The position numbers and the translations under genes are program-made. Under the pieces are notes generated by a model. It ran no database searches and had not been told where the DNA came from. It worked only from the letters and a program-made list of their open reading frames with translations. A DNA stretch of 64,000 nt from an uncultured Spirochaetales bacterium (GTDB lineage Bacteria > Myxococcota_A > UBA9160 > SMWR01): assembly GCA_964624475.1 (NCBI GenBank), contig CAZUYC010000083.1, positions 50,368 through 114,367 on the forward strand. The letters run 5' to 3'. Positions 58,045 through 64,000 of the stretch are shown here, one piece after another; the stretch's first letter is position 1; every line of letters starts with the position of its first letter.

Positions 58045-58863
58045 GTGGCCGAAGCGGGCCGGACGGTCGACACGGGGAGCGAGCAGCTGCTCTGCCGCGT
58101 CGAGGAGCGGGTCGCGGTGGTGACGCTCCACCGGCCGCAGGCGCGCAACGCGCTCACGCTGGAGCTCAAGCAGGCGCTCGCGCGCACGCTTCCGGAGCTC
58201 GGCCGCGCCCCCGACGTCGGCGCCCTGCTCGTGACCGGCGCGGGCGGCGCCTTCTGCGCGGGCGGCGACACCAAGGGGATGGCGCGCGAGGGCCGCCCGG
58301 CCTCCGTCGAGGATCGCGTGCGCCAGCTGCGCTGGGAGCACACGATCCCCTGGACGCTCCACCGCATGGACAAGCCCACCGTCGCCGCGCTCCCGGGCCC
58401 CGCGGCGGGCGCGGGCCTCGCGCTGGCGCTGGCCTGCGACCTCCGCATCGCCGCCGAGAGCGCCTTCGTCACCACCTCCTACGCGCGGCTCGGTCTCTCG
58501 GGCGACTACGGCTCGAGCTGGTTCCTGACCCAGCTCGTCGGCACGGCGCGCGCGCGCGAGCTCTTCTTCACCGGCGATCGGATCTCGGCGCGGGAGTGCG
58601 AGCGGCTCGGGCTGGTGAACCGCGTGGTGCCGGACGCGGAGCTCGAGAAGGAGGCCCTGGAGCTCGCGAGGCGCATCGCCGCCGGGCCGCCGGTGGCGCT
58701 GCGCTACATGAAGGACAACCTGAACCGCGCCCTGCACCAGGAGCTCGGCGCCTGCCTCGACCTCGAGGCCGAGCGCATGGTGCTGGGCGCACAGACCGAG
58801 GACTATCTCGAGGCTCTGCGCGCGTTCGACGAGAAGCGGCCGCCGGCCTTCCGCGGGCGCTGA
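58045..58863 (+). CDS. Enoyl-CoA hydratase/isomerase (crotonase)
   Basis: FCAGGD, GPAAGAG, GLSGDYGSSW; start GTG 58045 with SD GGAGG. Confidence 0.88.
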   Translation: MAEAGRTVDTGSEQLLCRVEERVAVVTLHRPQARNALTLELKQALARTLPELGRAPDVGALLVTGAGGAFCAGGDTKGMAREGRPASVEDRVRQLRWEHTIPWTLHRMDKPTVAALPGPAAGAGLALALACDLRIAAESAFVTTSYARLGLSGDYGSSWFLTQLVGTARARELFFTGDRISARECERLGLVNRVVPDAELEKEALELARRIAAGPPVALRYMKDNLNRALHQELGACLDLEAERMVLGAQTEDYLEALRAFDEKRPPAFRGR

Positions 58864-58885
58864 GCCCGCGCGAACAGGAGATGGC

Positions 58886-59668
58886 GTGAGCGCAGATCCC
58901 ATCCTGCTCGACTTCGAAGGGCCGATCGCGATCCTGAGCAACAACCGGCCCGAGAAGCACAACGCGGCGAACGACGCGATGGACCGCCGCCTCTTCGAGA
59001 TCCTGGGCGAGCTGCACCGCCGCGAGGGGCTCCGCGCGGTGATCTGGCGCGGCAACGGGAGCTCGTTCTCGTCGGGGCGCGACACGGGCGAGCTCGGCCT
59101 GCGCACGGAGGGCCTGAGCGACTTCGAGTTCATCGAGCGCGGTCACAAGGGGACGCTCCAGCTGCTCTCGCTCCCCGCGCCGATCCTCGCGGTGCTGAAG
59201 GGCTGGGTGATCGGCGGCTCCTTCGAGCGCGCGCTGCTCTGCGACCTGCGAATCGCCGGCGAGAGCGCGAAGATGGTGCTGCCCGAGATCCGCCACGGCG
59301 TGGTGCCGGACTCCGCGGGGACCGCACGGCTCTTCCAGATCGCGGGCCACGGGCTGGTGGCGGACCTCGCGCTCACCGGACGCGTGATGGACGCGCAGGA
59401 GGCGCTCCGCCACGGGGTGGTCTCGCGCGTGGTGCCGGACGCCGAGCTCGACGAGACCGCGCTCGAGATCGCGCGGCAGATCGCGGCAGCGCCGGCCTTC
59501 ACCGTGCAGATGTTCCGCCGCACCCTCGGCCGGCTGGCGAACCCGCTCGTCACGGCCTCGCTCGCCGAGGAGGCGCTCGCGCAGTCGCTGGTCTTCGCGT
59601 CGCGCGACTACGCGGAGATGAAGGCGGCGCGCGCCGAGAAGCGCGAGCCGCGCTACCGCAACCGCTGA
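58886..59668 (+). CDS. Enoyl-CoA hydratase/isomerase (crotonase)
   Basis: NRPEKHNA, FSSGRD, GWVIGGSFE, LPEIRHG. Confidence 0.85.
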   Translation: MSADPILLDFEGPIAILSNNRPEKHNAANDAMDRRLFEILGELHRREGLRAVIWRGNGSSFSSGRDTGELGLRTEGLSDFEFIERGHKGTLQLLSLPAPILAVLKGWVIGGSFERALLCDLRIAGESAKMVLPEIRHGVVPDSAGTARLFQIAGHGLVADLALTGRVMDAQEALRHGVVSRVVPDAELDETALEIARQIAAAPAFTVQMFRRTLGRLANPLVTASLAEEALAQSLVFASRDYAEMKAARAEKREPRYRNR

Positions 59669-59834
59669 GGGCCCATCTCGTCGAGAAGGGGTAGCCGGGT
59701 CCCGATCACGGCGATGCGGCGCCACGGGGCGGTCCTCGACCTCGCCGCCGCGCTGGTGGTGCCGACCGGCGTGCTCGTCGGCTGCCGGTTCCTCGGCCTC
59801 GGGTAGCGAGGGGGCTGCGAGCCGAGCCGGCGCC

Positions 59835-60293
59835 CTACTTCTCGAGGTGGCTGCGCAGCATCCAGGCGTTCTTCTGGTGGACCTGGAGGCGGCGGATGCC
59901 GAGGTCGGCGGAGGCCTCGTCGCCGGCGGCCTGGCTCGCCTCCACCACGCGCTGCGCCGTGGCCGAGACGGTCGCCTGGTCGGCGGTGAGCAGGCGCAGC
60001 ATCTGCGGCGCGGAAGGCACGCCCTTCGCCTCCTTCACGGCCGTGAGCTGCGCGAACTCGACGTAGGTGCCCGGCGCCGGCGCGCCGAGCGTGCGGATCC
60101 GCTCCGCGATCTCGTCCACCGCGAGCGCGAGCTCCGTGTACTGGGCCTCGAAGAGCGTGTGGAGCGTCGTGAACATCGGACCGGTCACGTTCCAGTGGAA
60201 GTTGTGCGTCTTGAGGTAGAGCGTGTAGGAGTCGGCCAGGAGCCGGCCGAGCTCCTCCACGGTCTTCTCGTTCGACTTCGGGGACTTCGGCAT
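59835..60293 (-). CDS. dps: Dps (DNA-binding ferritin-like protein)
   Basis: LYLKTHNFHWNVTGPMF.TLH..FE.QY, DEIAERIR, HQKNAWML; start ATG 60293. Confidence 0.95.
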   Translation of the reverse strand: MPKSPKSNEKTVEELGRLLADSYTLYLKTHNFHWNVTGPMFTTLHTLFEAQYTELALAVDEIAERIRTLGAPAPGTYVEFAQLTAVKEAKGVPSAPQMLRLLTADQATVSATAQRVVEASQAAGDEASADLGIRRLQVHQKNAWMLRSHLEK

Positions 60294-60388
60294 TGGGGTT
60301 CCTCCTCGGGCGGGAGAATGCCCGCGCGCTCGGGTCGCCACCAGGGTCGGCGGCGGCGCGGGGTGAGCGGCTCGAGGCGGGAGCCCGG

Positions 60389-61030
60389 CTACCGCCCGGG
60401 CGAGGGGCGGTCGATCCGCAGGGTGAAGACGATGCGGCCGCGGCCGAGGCGTTCGCTCGCCACCCGCACCGGCGCGCCCGCGAGGCGGCTCGCGGTGTAC
60501 TCGATGAAGCCCTGGGCGGCGAGGCGCGAGACCTCGGGGAGCTCCTCGGCCTCGCTCACCTCGATGCGGTGGACCGCTTCGCTGTCGACCGTGAAGCGCC
60601 AGCGGCTCACGTTGAAGATCGCGCCCGCGAGGCTCGAGACGAGGTTGCCCTCGCGTTCGGTCCACCCCTCGCCCCGCGCCCGCTTCTGCGCGCCGATCTC
60701 GTCGCCGCGCTCGAGCTGGAGGTAGAGCCCCGCGGAGAAGAGCCGCTCGGCCGCCCGCGCGCCGCGCCGCACCACGTACCCGGGCTTCCCGCCGCCCTCG
60801 ACCGCCAGCAGGAGCTCGGTCAGGCGCCGGTAGGTGGCGAGCGGGTACCAGAAGCCTGGCAGCACCTTCTCCTCGAAGATGCGCAGGTCCTCGGCGTGGA
60901 GGCGCGCCTGGAAGTCGGCGCGGGGGATCCGTCCGGCCGCGACGAGGCCCTGGACGTCCTCGACCACGGACTGGAACGCGGTGCCCTTGATGGACGGAAC
61001 GCCCACGGCCGCCCCCCGGTTCGGACGCAT
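60389..61030 (-). CDS. Hypothetical protein (resembles myxobacterial DUF2378/HNOX-like family)
   Basis: SIKGTAF, VLPGFWYPLATY, host-like codon use; start uncertain. Confidence 0.6.
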   Translation of the reverse strand: MRPNRGAAVGVPSIKGTAFQSVVEDVQGLVAAGRIPRADFQARLHAEDLRIFEEKVLPGFWYPLATYRRLTELLLAVEGGGKPGYVVRRGARAAERLFSAGLYLQLERGDEIGAQKRARGEGWTEREGNLVSSLAGAIFNVSRWRFTVDSEAVHRIEVSEAEELPEVSRLAAQGFIEYTASRLAGAPVRVASERLGRGRIVFTLRIDRPSPGR

Positions 61031-61063
61031 CGTCCGGACGCCGCGCCGGCCTGAGGGCACCGG

Positions 61064-61183
61064 CCTCGGAGCAAGCCGGCGAAGGCGCCGCGCAGCGAGG
61101 CGAAGCCGAGCGGAGTGCGGGCCCCTCGGAGCAAGGCGGCGAAGCCGCCGCGCAGCGAGGCGAAGCCGAGCGGAGTGCGGGCC
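61064..61183 (-). repeat. REP-like repeat copies 4-5 as a 60-bp tandem pair
   Basis: Two units CCTCGGAGCAAG(CC/GC)GGCGAAG(GC/CC)GCCGCGCAGCGAGGCGAAGCCGAGCGGAGTGCGGGCC starting at 61064 and 61124. Confidence 0.85.
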
Positions 61184-61199
61184 CCCGCTAGGGCTAGGG

Positions 61200-61907
61200 C
61201 TAGGCCGGGGGCCCGTCGAGCCGGCGCCGGCGCGCCCGATCGAAGGCCTCGAAGTTCTCGCCCCCGACCGAGGTGAAGACGCCCGAGGCCTCGGCGGTGC
61301 GCACGCCCACCGCCAGGGCTTCCGAAGAGACGAAGATCCGGCGCCCCTCGACGCGGTCGAAGCGCCCCACGAACTCGAGGTCGACGTCGATCGGTGTCGG
61401 TCGCAGATAGCGCACGCGGAGCTCGCGGGTCATTCCGGGCGCACCCGAGAACACGGTGGCCATGCCGAGGATCTCGTCGAAGGCGGCGGCGAGGAAGCCG
61501 CCGTGCAGGATCCCGGGCGCTCCCTCGTAGGCCGCGCCGAAGCGACCGCGCCCGCGGACGACGCGCGCCTCGACGTCGATGCGCAGTTCGAGCGGCGGGG
61601 CCACGGCGTTCGAGAGCCCCACGAGCGGGCCCGTCTCGTGGAAGTGCTCCATGCCCGGGAAGGGGGACGGCGCGTCGCCGCGGCTCTCGGCGCGCCCCGC
61701 GGCGGCGAAGCGCGCGGCCGTCTCGCGGACGAGCGGTTCGATCGCGCGCAGCGCGTCCTCCGGCGCGGCGGTGCTCGGCAGCTGAGCGAGGAGCTCCCGG
61801 AGCGCCGCCGCCAGCTCGCGCTTCGCCGCCCACGCGCCCGTCGCAGGCCGCGCCTCGTTGCGCGCCCGCGCGATCCGCTCGAGCGGGCCGTCTCGCCGCT
61901 CCGCCAT
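61200..61907 (-). CDS. PaaI-like hotdog-fold thioesterase
   Basis: NAVAPPL, YEGAPGILHGGFLAAAFDEILG, TRELRVRYLRPTP. Confidence 0.88.
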   Translation of the reverse strand: MAERRDGPLERIARARNEARPATGAWAAKRELAAALRELLAQLPSTAAPEDALRAIEPLVRETAARFAAAGRAESRGDAPSPFPGMEHFHETGPLVGLSNAVAPPLELRIDVEARVVRGRGRFGAAYEGAPGILHGGFLAAAFDEILGMATVFSGAPGMTRELRVRYLRPTPIDVDLEFVGRFDRVEGRRIFVSSEALAVGVRTAEASGVFTSVGGENFEAFDRARRRRLDGPPA

Positions 61908-61934
61908 GCTCGACTGGATAGCAAGATCGCCGCG

Positions 61935-64000
61935 CTAGCGCGCGGCGACGCGCGGAGAGCGCAGGCGCGCCCAGTAGCCGCCGGCGCTCCACTGGCGGAA
62001 GCCCCAGCGAAGCCAGCCGAGCAGCGCCTGCGCGACCCAGAGCGACCACGCCAGCATCGCGCCGCGGTAGATCCAGAGCGAGACGGAGAGCACCCACGGC
62101 TGCGGCAGGAGGGGGTCGCTGCGGTCCTGGTACCAGCGCAGCACGCCGGCATCGGACCCGTTGCCGGCGATCTGCATCGCGGGCGTGCCGAGCAGCCCCG
62201 CCTCGATCGCGAGCACGAGCGCGACGAGCGCGCCGACCGTGAGGCCGACGAGCGCGATCTGGAGCGCGTCGAAGGCCAGGGCCGAGCGCGCGCGCTCCGC
62301 CTCGGAGAGGCGCCCGCGCCCGCCGAGCGCGAGGAGCCACACGACGACGAGCGCCGCGGCCGGGAGCGGCGCCTGCGTGAGACCGACGCCGAGACCGAGC
62401 CAGTGGCGCGCGCGCAGCGGCGTCCACGCGATGCGCCCGAGCCCGAGCGAGAGCCCGGCCACGACGAGGAGCACCGGCCAGAAGAGCACCGAGGGCCCGA
62501 GCCGCGGCCCGCCGGCGAAGAGGACCCAGCGGCTCGGCGGCACCTCGAGTGCTATGTGCGCGTTCACCGAGGGAAGGCCGAGGTCGACCTCGGGGCCGCG
62601 CAGCCAGGCGCTGATGCCGCGCGGCTCGCGCCAGCGGAGCTCGACCTCGCGCGCCCCCGGCGCGAGCGGGATCGGCACGCGGCGCCCCTCCTGGCGCGGC
62701 GGCTGCTCGGCGCCGCCCACCGAGATCCGTTCGAGCTCGGCGCCTTCCGGGAGCGTGATCAGGTGCTGGCCGCCCTGGCTGCTGCGCAGGCGCAGCGCGA
62801 GCGTCGCGTCGGTCGCGCGGATCCCGGGTCGGAGCATGAGCTGGCTTCGATCGAGGGTGAGCGTCGCCCCGCCCGCGCCCGCGGGCCGCTCCACGGCGAG
62901 CGCGACCTTCTCGCCGGGCCAGGGTCGCCACTCGCGGAAGCGGCGGCCCGCGTTCGCCGAGTCGACCGGCGGGATCCCCGCCGCCGTGACGTGCCAGATG
63001 GGGCTCGCGTCGAGCTGCCAGACCTCGCTCCAGAGGAACTCGCGCGGCGCCTCGAGGGCGAGCGCCTCCCGCGGCGGGAGGAGCGAGCTCCAGGCCATCG
63101 CGCCGGCGCCGGGCGCGAGCGTGACCAGCGCGCGCCCGTCGCGCACGCGCACGCCCGGCGTGGTGACGGCCTCGCCGGGGAGCAGCGGGACCTCGAGCAC
63201 GAGCGCGCCCTCCGGCGGCGCGACGCGCGCGACCGTCGTCTCGACCTGCCAGTCGAGGCCGAGCGAGAGCGTGCGCGTCACCGACACGAAGGGCGGGATC
63301 TCGCTCGGCTCGAGGCGCTCGCCGCCGGCGCCCGAGCCCGGGGCGGCGTCGCGCACGAGCTGGAGCGCGCCCTCCACGTGGCCGTCCGGGTGGAGGCCGA
63401 GCAGCGTCCAGCCGCGCGGCGGGGCCGCGAGCTCCACGCGCCGAGGTTGCAGCGGGAGCGGGATCTCGACCGTGGCGCGCGGCGGGAGCGGGCCCGAAGC
63501 GAGGATCGTGTGGCTCCCCGGGCCGAGGCGCACGAAGACCGGGCCCCCTCCGATGCGCTGGATCGCGTCGGCCGGCCGGCCGTCCACCGCGACGGCGTCG
63601 AGCGCGAATCCCGCCGGCTCAGCGTCGGCGCCGGCCGGGAGCGGGATCGCCGTCTCGGCCGCGACGTCCACCGAAAGGCGCAGCTCGAGCCGCTCCGGTG
63701 TCACGTCCAGCACGAGGCGCGACGCGCTCGCGCAGACGGGGTGGCAGCTCGGCGCCGCGAGCAGGCGCGCGCGCAGGTCGTTCAGCAGCTCGGGCGTCGG
63801 GAACTCGGCGCGCGCGGGAGCGGGCGCGAGCCACGCCGCGAGTGCCAGCGCCGCCGCGACCGGCGCCGGGCCGGGGCCTCGGCCGAGGATCTCCGCGCCC
63901 CCGCCGCGCGACCTCGGAACCAGCCGGAGGACCAGCGCGGCGAGGAGCGCCGTTCGCAAGAGCGCGAGCGCGCCCGAGAGCCACGGGGGCAGGAGCCAGA
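61935..64000 (-). CDS. Large membrane protein with extracytoplasmic domain (C-terminal part; start lies beyond the window)
   Basis: Frame stays open from 63959 to 64000 (WLLPPWLSGALAL...); C-terminal TM bundle (LFWPVLLVV, IYRGAMLAWSLW). Confidence 0.8.
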   Translation of the reverse strand, partial: WLLPPWLSGALALLRTALLAALVLRLVPRSRGGGAEILGRGPGPAPVAAALALAAWLAPAPARAEFPTPELLNDLRARLLAAPSCHPVCASASRLVLDVTPERLELRLSVDVAAETAIPLPAGADAEPAGFALDAVAVDGRPADAIQRIGGGPVFVRLGPGSHTILASGPLPPRATVEIPLPLQPRRVELAAPPRGWTLLGLHPDGHVEGALQLVRDAAPGSGAGGERLEPSEIPPFVSVTRTLSLGLDWQVETTVARVAPPEGALVLEVPLLPGEAVTTPGVRVRDGRALVTLAPGAGAMAWSSLLPPREALALEAPREFLWSEVWQLDASPIWHVTAAGIPPVDSANAGRRFREWRPWPGEKVALAVERPAGAGGATLTLDRSQLMLRPGIRATDATLALRLRSSQGGQHLITLPEGAELERISVGGAEQPPRQEGRRVPIPLAPGAREVELRWREPRGISAWLRGPEVDLGLPSVNAHIALEVPPSRWVLFAGGPRLGPSVLFWPVLLVVAGLSLGLGRIAWTPLRARHWLGLGVGLTQAPLPAAALVVVWLLALGGRGRLSEAERARSALAFDALQIALVGLTVGALVALVLAIEAGLLGTPAMQIAGNGSDAGVLRWYQDRSDPLLPQPWVLSVSLWIYRGAMLAWSLWVAQALLGWLRWGFRQWSAGGYWARLRSPRVAAR

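Noticed and set aside
61064-61183. 60-bp tandem repeat as a CRISPR array
   Set aside because: Only two units, no unique spacers, no cas genes; it matches the dispersed REP-like family.

Overview
Very GC-rich, gene-dense bacterial DNA. A Myxococcota/deltaproteobacterial-like host is my inference from gene content, not something the sequence proves. Most long ORF-track entries are antisense or shadow frames or are over-extended at the 5' end, so I re-called starts from RBS, stop/start overlaps and protein motifs. Layout: (1) 1-6.6 kb, a minus-strand block with a degenerate sigma-54-type activator, a ParA/MinD ATPase, TolC and a MacAB-like exporter. (2) 6.8-21 kb, lipid/aromatic catabolism: thiolase-like plus DUF35, amidohydrolase, di-haem CCP/MauG-family protein, tandem CoA-transferase, TetR-P450, an ACAD pair and a BKACE-family enzyme. 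(3) 21-30 kb, envelope and secreted proteins. (4) 30-40.6 kb and 55-57 kb, a steroid C/D-ring (HIP) degradation gene set (ipdAB, ipdC, echA20, fadE31/32/33, fadA6, then ipdF, fadE30) in two blocks. (5) 41.2-48.2 kb, a decaying defence/stress island: hicBA bracketed by 14-bp inverted repeats that carry integron core-site motifs, a PRTase-domain pseudogene, DprA-like, an orphan HsdR and a solo RtcB. (6) 51-53.4 kb, a second, internally deleted MacAB-like module. (7) 57-64 kb, SDR, crotonases, Dps, hotdog thioesterase and a large membrane protein. A dispersed REP-like repeat occurs at four loci. I saw no rRNA, tRNA, CRISPR array or transposase. All family names come from motif recognition by eye; no database was searched.
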